The notes beneath the pieces were generated by a model. It was not told the origin of the DNA. It was given only the letters and a program-made list of their open reading frames with translations, and did no database searches. DNA of 64,000 bases from Catajapyx aquilonaris (lineage: Eukaryota), in assembly GCA_000934665.2 (NCBI GenBank), contig KZ538075.1, forward strand, positions 62,001-126,000. Direction: 5' to 3'. Numbering within the stretch: position 1 is the first letter of the stretch; each line of letters starts with the position of its first letter. Of the stretch, positions 14,201 to 27,060 are shown in pieces. The translations under genes and the position numbers were made by a program.

Positions 14201-16089
14201 AATAATGCGTCATATACGTATAAAAAGTAACAAAAAACATCACATTTATACAGTATGTTTCAGTTGAAATGAGTGCGGGCTACCTTTTCTTAGCATTAAG
14301 ACGCATATTTTTATGGAATTACTTTGGAGTAGTTTCTTCAGTGCTTATCAAAATTCCAGCTCTGAATGGAATTTTAGACAATTTTTAGACAACTGTGATC
14401 CAATGTCAATGATAGAGCCCATATTTAGCAAGCTTTAAAAAGGATGGATCCATGTAACCTAATCTTAACAGCTAATACTTTCGATAGGCATTAAAAGTAA
14501 ACTAACTCCAAATTAACTGTTTGAAATTAGCAGCTTAGTGGCTTCACTTATATCGTTTCAGTTGGACTACCCTGTATAAAAGGGGTTATCAGCGATTAAT
14601 AACAAAGTCGAGCATAGTATATACACACATTAATAAGAAACATTCGATGCAATAAGAATAATCGAAAACAACTTCACGAACCTGAGCCAGACAGTTATCA
14701 CTGCTGCAGTTTTTTTTCCTATTTGGACACGACGGTCTAAGTTCTTTAAAATAAACTTAATGTTAATTATCAGAAAAATTGGACTAATACTATGCGAAAT
14801 TAGTCATTAGGTTTATATTCACTAAAATATGCACCATAATAAATTGTATTGCAAAACACGTTGAAGCGTCCGATAATAAATGCAGTACAGTATGATATAA
14901 AGAGCCATCCATCAAGGACGTCAGGCTAATTAGGGCGGAGGAGTCGAGTATCGAACGGCAGACCTCGGACAGATCATGACATGTGGTAAAAGAGAAGTAT
15001 GATCCACCGTGACGTCACGATCAAAAATTGCAGCTTTATAGGTTTTTGAATACAGCATCCGCTATTCCCTATTATAACGTTTTTTCTCGGATTGCCTAAT
15101 ATTTCATAAGTTGTATTAAATTCTCATAGCTTGTTTTTGATATGAATTTAGGTTGTTCAGCAATTAGGCACTGTGTGAACCTCTCTCATTATTGAACATA
15201 CTGGGCGTTACAAAGTGGAAATTCCCACATCCCGTCACGTGTCATATACTATTCCACTAAGCAAAGACAACATTATTATGTAACATGATCATTTAATAGT
15301 GATAATGTATTTTATCCACAGCTGTTACGAATAGTACAAAAATATAAATTATTAGACAAGTCACAAAGTGGCCATCGGTACGTAATAACCCCTTATTTGA
15401 CAAACTTCTCAAAGTTCACAAACTAACTGAGGCACTACCACATTGCGAATTTAAACCATCCTCGACACACCTGACACTATTAAAACGCATTTTCATTGTC
15501 TTAAAAAAAATACCCCGCCAGGCCCGATCTTCAATCCAGTTGGCGCATGCATAATGCCTGAAACAACCCCTTACCATCAAATAAGGCACCCCCAATCAAT
15601 AAGCCACCATAAATCTCTTAGGCAACAAGCAATTTTCAATTGGCAATGGCATAATAGCTTGAAGGGACAGTGGGCAGCAAGGTCGGTATATATCGATTCA
15701 GCAGGCAGAAGCCCCGTCGTTAACTGGACTATCTGAAACTCGTGAGTGAAAATGAAGTGGCGCGAACTCCAACTGTGAAGTGGCAAATCTGTTCCCTGTG
15801 TCAACAAGGCAATGAAGTGGACAATTGCCAGCCGGACACTGGTCACAATGAGGCGGTCTCTCTGAAGTGGCCGGCCGTCACGGGGGCTAAGGGAGGTAGG
15901 GGGGGATAATGGGAGAGTCTCTCTCCCTCCAACTCCTGTCCCTGCAAAGGGCCTTTTCGGGATTTCGGACGAATGACCCTTCACCACAACAAGCCTCTGC
16001 CACTTGACCCAAACCGCCGCTTTCCTGCTGTGACACGGTCAGAAGGCGGAGAGGTGACCCTTCAAAAGGCGGTCAAACTCATGTCATCC

Positions 16090-16615
16090 CTTTGTGTCCC
16101 CTGATTTACAGAGATAGACATGCCATGCTTTGGGGCCTATTGAGCGGAAACGAGGGCCGGCCGCCGGGGGAAGAACAATCTGGTATATCACACTCAACAC
16201 TCTGGACCCCCCCAAAAAATGTGGTCAGACAGTCGCGGAAAAAGTGTCAGTCAGGCAAAGATAGGACCGGTTGAAAGTCAAGGGCGATCGATGTTGGCGG
16301 ATAGCTTTGATAATATCTAGTGTCATTTTTTTTTTTTTGTGGCTGCTCACGGTATTTTCCCCTCGTAACCAAGATGGTATGGATTAATAGCATAACAAAA
16401 AAAGATGCATTGCCCCATCCGCAAATGGTGGGCATGACCTTGCATGGTCATCTCAGCGACGGAATAATGAAACACGCAGTAGGGGGGCAATTTTGCGTAT
16501 CGACACTTAATGCAGCCTGGCTCTTAAAAGAATATATGAATACACTTACCGTACCCAACAATGTCGTTTCCTTAGTATGCACCATTTCAGACTGACCCTT
16601 GAGTACCCTTTTGGT
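16090..16615 (+). mobile_element. Decayed PIF/Harbinger (ALP1-like) transposase relic
   Basis: GISHSTLW (~FGIS.ST) lies near 16180. One frame then reads RAIDVG (16281-16298, ~GAIDGKH), FFCGCSRYFPLV (~YFNYK..FSIV), GHLSDG (~G..SDGG) and NAAWLLKEYM (~DAAFPLK.YL), with internal stops. HFRL..EYPFG follows in another frame. Confidence 0.5.
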
Positions 16616-19600
16616 TGGTAGAATATTGCGGCCAATATGACCCGGCCCCATAGTATTCATGAGTTGCCGATTTGCAACAGGAATAACCCACATTTATGCA
16701 AAAGAGGTTAGAGGAGTGTCCATAAATCAAGGCGACATCGAAGTGGAAACGGCCAAAAGCGACTTGGGTGAAACCAACTTCACACTAATAATTACTTCCT
16801 GCCGTTTGGTCATGAAGCAACCATTACGACGGCGTGATGGCGGACATAAACACCGGGTTCCAAATAAAAATTTGACATCAATTGACCTTCGGGTACAGTG
16901 TAGACCGAGGTAGAGTCAGTTGCGCACGCTGCACCGTTAGGTCTCCTAGTGAGACAATTTGAAGGGCAAAAGAAGGAAAAGTGAGGCTTTATCAAAGTTT
17001 AGTGGCAGGAAGTGGCTCTCATGCGGATAAGGCAGTCTCGTGAGGTTCCTGCAGGGCAGCTACAAATATTTCCTCTAAAAGTGGCATTTTGTCCTCATAA
17101 TTCCCTGCATGGTATACTCTGTGGGCGCAAAAGGGACTGGACTCCCAACCCAATTAATATTATGCGCACATGCTCGATTTAAATACAGACCCAGTAATTT
17201 GCTTTCACGCTAGAAAAGTGGAATGTGGAACAGTAAAGTTTTTTTGGGGGGGCTTGTCAGTAATGATGGGAAAGTCATCCACTTCTCTTCTTGATGCCCA
17301 CTGGCCACACATCCGGTAATGATATGAGCGTATACAGACCAGTGGGAAGGAAGTTGGGAGCCGGTGGACCGATAGTTCTGTCCTTGGGTTTATTTTTACC
17401 TTATACTGTACTAATGATTTTTCAGTGTCAAAAATATTGTAGAGCATGTTGGAGGATCTCATTTTTACATATTAATTATGAGAATTCTTGCTTCAACATT
17501 ATCAAACAGCAATCTTGTAACCGGTTATGTCGAGGCCAGGAATTTTGTGGGCATATAATTAAAAAGGTATAGCTTCTGAATTTTTAAAACTAGAATGTCG
17601 CTTTTTATTTATGAAATACACTTTGTGGAATAACTCACATTATTTTGCTTGTCAATTCTCCAAATTAGCCTACATAACAGATGAAACCGTAGATATGACA
17701 TTTCCTTTCTGCTTGCATTCAGGCCGCACAAGTGAAATCGGAAAGTGAACCACGGTGAAACCGATGCAGTCTTTTTTCGGAAATCTTTCAGAGTGTGGTG
17801 CATTTTGCGAAATATTTAAAGCCATAAATATGATGCAAAATATAGCAGTAATAATTTCTTTAAAAACATTTCAATATTACTGTCGACAACAGATACATAT
17901 TCACCTTTTGCATCGATGGCATTGGAGCGTTCCATATAGAGTATGATTGCCAATACCGATGATAGCAATACCAGGAAATCTAGCTGTCATAAATCGCATA
18001 GATACGTCGTGATTGTGCACATGGTGAATCCGTCATTCGTTATTACTTCATGGCTTCAGCCTACTAGACAATCGAGCCCAGATTTTTTTTTCTCTCTCTC
18101 CATCCCTGACTTGATACCCGGCTACACATAAAATGCACCTTTTAAACATCCCCCTAAATCCCCCCTCGCTATAAGAGGTGGAAGGCACATGCAGCTACCA
18201 AGTTCCTAAATTTCCAGCACGCGACCCTACACCTAAACCAATCTGCATGCAAGTCACGTTCCTCAGCCAGCAAGGGCGAATTCAAATAGCGGATATATTT
18301 TCTTTCTTGGTTCCAGGGACAATAGGACGGCCTTTAAGACGGGGTTCTAACGACCGCAGTATAAGCTAAGGCAGGTGTGGTTAGGGGAGATCGCTTACGT
18401 CGGATTTTCGTTGCCAGTTCATGGACCGACAAAAAAATATGCGACACACTGTCATATATATGACACATACCTTCCCATTATTTATACATCCTCAGTCAGC
18501 ATTATAAACCTTGCATGTGCACATGTTGGCGCACATGTGCCCGTTCTTATTAGCCCATAACACAGTTCGCCCCCCCTCCCCTCCCCCCGGGACGCGATAA
18601 CAATGGTCAGAACCGCATGTGAAGTCTGGACGTCGAAGTGTGCGGATGGTTCCATTAATTGCGGACCTCTGGGAGCCATGCGAGTGAGGCGAGCCTGTTG
18701 TTTAGCAAAGAGAGGACACATGTGTTCATTAGCTCTGTCTACGAATAGACCTATTTTTTTGCCCCCGAAGCTGCATTGTTTGCTCTATTGATCCGATATA
18801 TGACGAGCTCTGGCTGTGAGATTGTCACAATACGGCTAGGGAAATGTAGAAATTTGGCAACTCTTTTTTGAATGCCCAAAGTATCGCCCTTAGGCCCACA
18901 CTGGCCCCCATCGTACGTTCCCCTCGATTCCCTGTTGTGTATGAGGACCGGATGCCCGGATGACTTGTCCACCTGTCCACGTTGGCTAAGGCGGGGGAAA
19001 CTGACTGGAAATAAATGCTGCGAGCTGTGGAAACAGGATTGCTAGGATGCTAATTAGTCGTTACTATACACCAGATGACCATTGTTACCGGCCGACTGGA
19101 ACAATGTCAAGTTGGTAAATCAATGGCGGGAAGCTGTACTGTTGGGAGATGAGCTTTTCCCCTATACTATATAGAGTGGCCATTCGATGGGGGGTTAGGA
19201 CTTTTTCCCCTTGGCATTATGGCCACCAACCACCCCCTGGCCTTTATTAGTGGCACACTACTTTTTCCCCCAGCATTCAATCCGGCCAGACTAATTCTGA
19301 TGGGGAGGAAAACAGCGTCCAGAGCCCACGGCCAGAAACCATGCTTGGAATTATCATAAGTATCAGCAATATTTCAATTACTACACTTTGAGTCAATAAA
19401 ACCTGAATAAATCGATCTGTCGATTGAAAAACCATCCAAACACAAACAGGTACAAGGTGCTTGGTTGAGTGAATCGTGACCGTGCTGGTGCATCGACCAG
19501 CCCCCCTCTGTCCACTTCCAAACTTCTTTTTTTTTCACTCCACGACTCCCCATTTTTCTCCACCCCTGCCGAACAAACTTCCATCCGACAGTCCCCCTCT

Positions 19601-19744
19601 ACTACCACCACGCTCTCACCTTCAACGGTCAACTTGTAGCCTTGGGAACCGAAGCAGCAGAAACATCACCTGCACGGCCCACCAGATCCTCGTTTCTCCA
19701 CATCCAATCAAGTAGATCCAGGTGAACCTGCTCCGTGAGAATGT

Positions 19745-20345
19745 AACAATGGAATCTCTAGACTTGGTGTGGGCAAGTGCAAGTTGCAGTGTTGCAAAAC
19801 TCTGGAATAATTTGTTTACAAGCAGTCTTAAAAATAGGTCTAATATTAGAAGCTCGATACATTCATAGCATTCCAAATAAGTTAGGTGAAACATGTGGTA
19901 TATGCATTGCGGAACTGTGCCAATGACCTGACACCAGCAGGTGAGGCGATAAAAACGGGCGTCTTGTTGGTCCCACAGACGGGCATAAATGTAAAGGAAA
20001 CATCCGCCAAGTCTTCCACCGCCTCTTTTCCTCTTGTTCCACTTGAAGGTTACAAGCGTGGTCCGCCAGCCGCAGGTAATTCTATGAGCTCAAACGAGGT
20101 AGAAAGCTCTGGTACCGACACGGTCCAACTGTCATCGTCCCCTCCTCCACACTACCCGAGCTGTCACAAGAATATTCCTTCCTCGGGCAAGAACCATGGT
20201 CAGACGACCGCCATACCACATGACGTGACCTCAGCCGTGGCCACCAGTGAGTCTAATACCTCCAGTTTTCACTTGACCAGTGCTTACTCTCAAGGCTGCT
20301 GAAATAATCATGCTGGCGGTCTCCATGACAGATTTCGCAAAATGC
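19745..20345 (+). mobile_element. Decayed PIF/Harbinger transposase relic
   Basis: Motifs are RLGVGK (19760-19777, ~RFGVGKS), ARYI..P (~19860), EYSFLG (20170-20187, ~Y.LLGD), SFHLTSA (~FN..LSSAR) and GLHDRFRKM (20318-20344, ~G.LK.RFR.L). Order and spacing fit a DDE_Tnp_4 protein, with multiple stops and frameshifts. Confidence 0.5.
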
Positions 20346-22287
20346 CCGGATGTAGGCGTGCGAGACGAACTCTGGGAGCCAGAGGCCGAACTTATATTGG
20401 GGAGAAGGTCCTTTGGGTGGTTCCAAGAGGCGGATGTCCTCTGGCCAGAGTGCCGATGCTGGTGGAGCCACACTTGGGCGGCCAGCAGTGTCGAAAAGGA
20501 GGTCCTCGGATGCGCCTGTCGCATGAGGGGAATGGATTGTGGTCAGCACCGACCGGAGGGGGCCGCTTTTAGGGGGGAAGGCTATGGACCTACGCCCACT
20601 TTCAAGGTCCGTGCTTCTTCTGCTCTGATGGATCGCTGCGTCTTGAGGCTTTGGCCACGTTTTGGAAGTCGCCGACACACGCGAGGCGAGTCATGCTTTT
20701 TGGGATTTTTTTAACTCTCCTGTGCAAAGGGTCCAGAAATGTTACTTTCGATATCCATGCGGTATGGTGCTGAACCCTTGGAGGCATACAACAGGATGTG
20801 ACTCTTATGGGGATGGAGAGGGATGGCACTTGTTCATTTCATCCATCTGTCCACACGTGCAGAGGCGTACACAAATTGCCCTGTGGAGGTCAAGGGGTCA
20901 GAAGGAGGAGAAAGGGAAGAGAGAAGGAATCTCAGCCGGGGTCAGCATCCACCCTTCACTCGCGCTTCATTACCCATCAAACCTACACAAGACTTCCTCA
21001 CGTCAGCAACGCCGTCTTGCCCACGAGGCCCTGCCCCTTCACCCGACGCGTTTTTCAGTCTTCTGAGACGTGATGAGTGTGCCAAAATGCACCTTAGGAC
21101 CAGACTCATCTCAACACCAAATTTTCTTTGGCTCTACATCTGCCATATTCAGACGTTGTAAGAGGGGGAAAGGTAGCACTTGACAAGTGCCCTCGTGTTC
21201 TAACTATGGTTCAGGGGGCCCAATGCCTGACCAGATATGGTAATATGGGTGCCCTACTCTAGGCCCAACGGCGACTTCCTTTGGGTGGCTATATGTTCCC
21301 AGAGTCTCCTCTTGCAAGGTTAACATCCGTTGACCACCATAAATAATCTCTTTTGCAGCAGGGCGGTATGCAAAAGCGGTGCCTCTTCAGAAACCTTTTT
21401 TATCCAGTGACCCCTTGCGGGATGAAGACCTCTTCTTTAATAGGCATGGGTATGGGGACAACGGTAGGCGCAAAAAGCTGAGAGAAAGAGAAAGGAATGA
21501 GGGGGGGCCTTTGAGGAGGCTAAAGAAACGAAGCACGTTCCACGAGTCAGCTTCTCCATGGCGGTGTGATGTGCTGGAAAGCGTAACACTTGTCCTCAGG
21601 GCACAGGTTGCCCAATGGCCGGTGGAATTTTTTTGCCGGGGATACTGAAAAGTCGCTATGCATATAAATTATGGAAAGATGAGACCAGTGGAGAGGGGGA
21701 CAAGTCCGGGGCTCTTCAAGGAGGGACTGTGAGGTCCAGATGTAGGTCCTTTCATATTCCCACGACCTCTACTGGAGTCAGGTCGCACCCAGCAGACTTT
21801 TTCAGAGGGCTGGCTTTAATTTTACACCCGTCATTTTTTTGAGGCTGGCCATCCCCTTCGCGCCGTCTTGGTTCCCCCACTTTGTATATGTCACTAAAGA
21901 CGGTCGTCGGTTTTTAAGTGCTTGGCCCATATGTGGCGATGGAAACTGGATGACGACCAGTAGGCCTGCATGGAAGAGGGTGGAAAAAAATCAACGGAAA
22001 TTCATCTAAAATGCTGCTTTTTATCCCGGCAGTTATGGAAGCATGTAAAAACCATTATTTGCGCCTTAGATGATGATACATTTATAGCGAGTGAAGCAAC
22101 TGCGCAATAAAATCCCTCTTTACAGCAGCTTGCTCAATCCCCAGTCCAAGTTCATTTTTTACTTACTTTTTGTGCAAGTGACCATGATGTTATTTAGCAA
22201 CATCCTTTGCATAATAACTTTTGCTTATCAAATGGCTGTGGGAAAAATATGTACAAAAATGAGTGCGGGGTTCCACATCAAAACCAG

Positions 22288-22289
<2 letters not shown>

Positions 22290-22359
<70 letters not shown>
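22290..22359. repeat. (AG)35 microsatellite
   Basis: Perfect 70-bp AG run. It explains the RERERE/SLSLSL ORFs in the track. Confidence 0.97.
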
Positions 22360-22360
<1 letters not shown>

Positions 22361-22489
22361 CATCCCCAAACCCAACCCCTCAATTTCTGCGTTTAATTGA
22401 ATGAATGCAGTGGGTAAATGCAAAATTCATTGCATTATTTGGGAGGGACCCCGACTTGCAATTTGCTTGTCACGCTCTGGTGATGCATG

Positions 22490-22930
22490 GCTGGCTTGAA
22501 GGGGCGACCAAAAGTGGAAATCTGGGATGCAGACATGTCTCATATTTTAACAGATTTACCTTTGCCACCGGTTCGTTGATTATGATGGTACTGCCCAATT
22601 TGTGACCCTTCTGTTCCAATTTAACCTTTTCATTTTTTGGAGTGGGACAAGTGCATCCTTCGATGGTAGTTATGCTGTAAAAAGCCTTTTGTCTCTCCTG
22701 TGATTCCCTGGTTCTTGAGCCTGCTCATGCCGAGGGGGGGCAGATGTGTCACGTTGATATGAAGAACCAATTTGAGGTCTACCGCGGGAAATTATGGTGT
22801 TTTCATGCGGCAATCGTCCACGGTCAATTTTCAGTCCCAGATTTTGCTTCGGAACAAGACTTGATGGAAGGGTATAGAAATGCTCACTAATGATTCGCCC
22901 CTGGGCAACCTACTTTTTTATCCCTTCCAA
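22490..22930 (+). mobile_element. Possible decayed Harbinger transposase relic
   Basis: Motifs are RHVS..NRFTFATGS (~R.V..RF..S.GS), ASFDGSY (D at 22662, ~GA.DGSH), VDMKNQF...FHAAIV (~VD...F...HDARV) and NDSPLGNLLFYPF (~D.AYPL..LL.PF). Confidence 0.35.
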
Positions 22931-23328
22931 ATTTTCACATTGCTAATCAGACATGGTCTGTACCTGTGGGTGGTACTTTACTGCAGGAGTACGTACGTCA
23001 CAAGTGCTGACACATTGCAGCGAAAAGAAACGGGTACGCAAAAAGATGTCACTGTACCATTGCAATGTCCTGGATCCCTTTTGCTTCTCCCGTTTCGGTA
23101 GTTTCTCACGCGACAAAACTAGACGATGGAGCCCACTGCACTCGATGAGAGCGAGACCAATCGACGAAGCCATTCCTCAGGAAGTCCCTTTCATGGCCCA
23201 TTACACCGATTGGGCAACTGAACAATTGGCGCAAATAGCCCCGATCCATAGTCGGCCAATTAACACGAGGTCCTTCCATTTGTTGCCGGTTGTCTGGAAG
23301 AAGTCCAGATGCGTCCTTCCCCAAAACC

Positions 23329-23520
23329 CATATCCACGCAAAAATTGATCCTCAGACCAGAGGATCAGATTTGCCACGTATAGCTTCGGAAGCCAATATT
23401 ACACAACCTGCAGTCTTATTCTGTATTCAAGACTGAATAAGACAACAGGCTATGTAATATTGGCTTCTATACGTAGCAAATCTGATCCTCTGGTCTGGGA
23501 TCAATTTTTGCATGGATATG
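23329..23520. mobile_element. Fold-back MITE / long palindrome (192 bp)
   Basis: The left arm CATATCCACGCAAAAATTGATCCTCAGACCAGAGGATCAGATTTGCCACGTATAG...GTCTTATTC is the near-perfect reverse complement of the right arm GAATAAGAC...CTATACGTAGCAAATCTGATCCTCTGGTCTGGGATCAATTTTTGCATGGATATG. The loop is ~13 nt (23422-23434), there are a few mismatches and a short insertion, and TA near both ends could be a TSD. Confidence 0.85.
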
Positions 23521-23612
23521 AGATTCACCTCTTGGATCCGGGAGTTCAATTCCCCGACCGGTCACCCATGTGAGAAGGGGTTATATACTCCGGGTAACAT
23601 GGCGTTCCGGAG
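23521..23612 (+). mobile_element. Possible degenerate tRNA-derived SINE fragment
   Basis: A Pol III B-box-like GGGAGTTCAATTCCC (~23539-23553) is followed by CATGTGAGAAG and CTCCGGGTA..., loosely like invertebrate SINE bodies. No A box is visible. Confidence 0.25.
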
Positions 23613-23910
23613 AGTGAGATTCTACTGGAAAAGGGGGTAACAGTTGCCCCCTCTGCCTCTATAGCCTGGGGGTCAAATAGCCTATAAGGAAATGATGTCA
23701 ATCTCATCTCCTGAATGCCATAAGTGCAGTACAGTATTTGAAAAGCAGCAGGTTTCCCGACTCATACACCCGAAAGTCAGGCACGTGTTATACTGTATTT
23801 GGATGAATTATTTATTAATATTGGATGTAGCACGGCCGCGACCGCCACTTGCCTCAAACATGAAATATGAACTACAATGATCTATTTTTCACCAAGAAAT
23901 ACGTGAGATT

Positions 23911-24088
23911 GAGAGTCGCCCATAAAGTGCGTCACATTGGTATGGGGGGGGGGGGTGTTGCCGCCAGCGTGACGTAATGTGACGTACTTTTGAGGCGGTC
24001 CGGTGCGCATGTGAGTGGTATGGGGGAAAGGGAGGGGGTCAAAAATATAAGCCCAGGGTCAGCGTGACGTACTTTATGGACAGATCCC
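23911..24088. mobile_element. Short non-autonomous DNA transposon (MITE), Harbinger-like ends
   Basis: Inverted termini CCATAAAGTGCGTCAC (23920-23935) and GTGACGTACTTTATGG (24064-24079) match at 15/16 positions. The right end ...ATCCC is followed by TAA. The interior is G-rich with repeated GTGACGTA. Confidence 0.65.
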
Positions 24089-25889
24089 TAAGCGGTGTTG
24101 AATTATTTTAAGAATAAAAAGTTAAATTGCACATTTTGCACAAGCCTCATATTTTTAAAGCCCGGCTTCTTATAGGCAGCGTGTAACACTTATCATCCGT
24201 GCTTATCACCATGCAGCAAGGCGTGTTGCAATATCTCATAAATACATGTGAATCTTATGGAGCTGCTCAGAAACTGTTGTGACTTTGCTGCCAGACTGCA
24301 GTAAAATTTCCATAAGACCTAACCACATACGCAGTGTGTTCCAACCACGGTTCCAACTGAGGTGTCCATGTCACTTTTTTACACCAAGCTGCTTGTTATG
24401 AAGCATTTTTAGAGACTATAATTTTTTAACGCAGGATAGAAGCAGCCCTTCAGGCCCTCAATTTAGTGACTTATAACCTAAAGTCAATGTTTGAATTTAC
24501 TATTACTTTAAAAGCTGGACCCTCCAAAACACTGCTTTAAAATAATCGTCCATTCAATCTGACATCAGCAGTTAATTTTGTTTTGAACTCCTAAAGACAA
24601 CCCTTCTATAAAAACTGCTTAATAATACAGTATAGCAGTTTAGTGTGAAGCAATCGCTACAAACACTGCAATATTGGAACCCACTCTATTTCTATATAGT
24701 GCTGATGTCGCAGCATGACGAAACAGTGTGCCATGTCCTTACACGCTCTGAAGCTGCATTATTTCATCTGTTTCATACGACGTAGCCTATTAAGCCTACA
24801 TTATAAGCAATCTGTATAATTATTCCTGACCTTCACTTTGTTCCATAAAATAACTGGTGTGACTACAAGAATTCTCAATATTTCATACCATTTAAGAACC
24901 TTCAAAAAGTAAGGGATATACTATTGCAGAAATATCCCTGGTCACTAGATTTTGCCCATATCGTATGAAGACCGAAATTCATAACGACCCGAGTCACATT
25001 TTACCGAATTCGAGATAGGATGGCTTGAAGTTTGAAGATTGCATTATCTCTTAGGGTGGGGTGATTTTTTTAACACAAATATCTAGGCAGCTGTAATGTC
25101 TCTATCAGAAAAGTAACTTGATTATCAGGTATTCTGGGATTATATTAATGCGTACTTGAATTTCGATCAAAATGTGACTCTGATCATTCTACGCGTTAAG
25201 GCATGCAGTAAGAATGTAAATAAAAATGCACTAAGAGTTGAGAAAAAGGAGTGATTAGCGGCATACAGTACATCAGTACTAAACACTGTGGACAAAAAAC
25301 ATACTGGAATGCATTCATATACAAAGCTGACGCTGAGCCAAAAGAAGCCGCAATGTGAACCTTCTTATCGATACCCAGGATTGCAGGAAAATTTGCCATG
25401 GATTTCCGCACGAATCATGCGAGATATTGTATTATTGTCTAGCGTTGAGCCTATCGCGGGAAGTTACGACAGGCGTATTGATAAAGTAATGCATCATTGT
25501 GTGAGAATGTGTATAGCATGCGGGGCATAGCACACACTGTTACAAGCAGGTACACGCCTTATCGCTCTCTTATTCTCCCTGTGCTTGAACCTTGAAAAAT
25601 ATTCTCCGCCAAATACTGTACAGTACCATCATGACAGCTGGTAGAAGGAGGTTTGGAACACACACTGGATTTATGATTGATGCTCAGGGCTAGTCATTTT
25701 AATGTATGTGATGTCAGATAAAGTATGCACCTTCACGGGCAACAGCGCATAATGCGTCCTCAATACATACTCGATGCGTATCAATTATTAATTAATTAAT
25801 TATTATTAAATAACATGAAAACTTGAAAGTCCTGTGCTTGGCAGAGGGCGTCAACGCTTTTTGAGAAATGGGAGGAGTGTGGCTCTATC

Positions 25890-26741
25890 TCAGGTGTTAT
25901 AGAGGATGTGAGAGTGTCTTACTTTTACATATGTTTCTCATTTACATACTGGAAGCAATAATCTATTCCTTACATAGGGTCTAGGAATTAAAGTCTACGT
26001 CATTATTTTATCTTTTCTGACAGGACTGTTTCCTTAATGGCCTGAACACATGCTGATAAGGTATATTACATCAGGTGAAATCTAACCTACACTTTCATTA
26101 GTAGAGTCACTCCACAGCTATATTATACCGTACGTGGTTAACGTGCATGGGGCTACCTATGGTGTATGCGTGCATTAAATATTAAATGCCTTCGTGTGTC
26201 GAGTCTACATTGCCTGTGGCCAATACTACTGGGTTGCAAGAGGCCTAATGCTTTAAAGCTATAAGCTGATTTATTTACGCTTCTTGTGGTAAACAGGGGC
26301 GTAGCCCACAAGTAATATCTCAGCATTCACAAGGGATCTCCATAAGGCAGCTTGCGTGCTACCAGACCTGAGACGTACGTGCCTTTTTCTCACGCACGTC
26401 TTCATCCACAAGGGATAGGGCAAGAATGACCTACGGTCTAGGGAGAGGTCATGCGCATCTCCTTCTTGTGCGATGCACCTGCAGCTTCGATGTGGTGGTT
26501 AACAACAAGGAACCCTCACAAGATGCACGAACGTTGCGTGCTGCATCGGGAAAATAAGTTTGAACAATCCCCTTTGAAAAGTTGAAAATACTTGAAAAGT
26601 AGTGGCGATGGCCCTCCAAGTCGAGAGTTCTTCAGCCCATTCTTGTAACGGTATAACGAGCTCATCGTCGCTGCGACCTTCCAGCAAATAAATCGCAGCC
26701 AGTACAGTCGACCACAACACTAGGGGAAACTCTTCCTCCAT
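25890..26741 (-). mobile_element. Decayed PIF/Harbinger DDE transposase, near full length
   Basis: From the ATG at 26741 the minus strand gives FKLIFPMQHATFVHLV (~F...FRM...TF..L), GSTQAALWR, GNVDSTHEGI (D at 26205, ~GAIDGTHI.I, ~113 codons after FRM), HAYT.GSPMHVNHV (~AY.G.PGS.HDARV), K**RRL*FLD (~K.RFRRLKFLD) and ILYN (~ILHN). Stops, frameshifts and deletions are present. Confidence 0.65.
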
Positions 26742-26879
26742 TTTGCCAATGAATTACAGAACGAAGCCTCTTCTCCTCCACCTCCTCCCCCTCACCACCT
26801 CCTGATGTCGAGAGCGTTGTCTTGGAGCAATTCGTCTACATTTTCGCAACGCCTTGAGAAGCCGAAGGCCTCTTGACAG

Positions 26880-27060
26880 GTTGTGATTAGAGTTGATCAA
26901 AGTTGGGGACTCTCCAGTTTACTTAACAGTTTGAAAGAAGCATCAGCGGAAGAAGAAACCATCAGCCTGGCGTGGCAAGGAGCCAAGTTATGCAAATGAG
27001 GTGCCAAAAGACTAAATAACTGAGTGCAAGGCAAAGGTATTGAGAAGCGGGAGACGCCTC
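26880..27060 (+). pseudogene. Possible Myb/SANT (MADF-like) partner ORF relic of the adjacent Harbinger element
   Basis: The frame reads LELIK...KKH..KKKPSAWR...ECKAK (~LIELV...K..AW..IA...ECK.KW) and is divergent from the transposase relic. The match is weak. Confidence 0.25.

Noticed and set aside
22190..22423. RERERE / SLSLSL ORFs
   Set aside because: They are translations of the (AG)35 microsatellite.
24332..25667. Inverted pair CAGTGTGTTCCAA / TTGGAACACACACTG flanking an AT-rich block
   Set aside because: The match is only ~13 bp with an indel and no clear TSD, so it could be chance.
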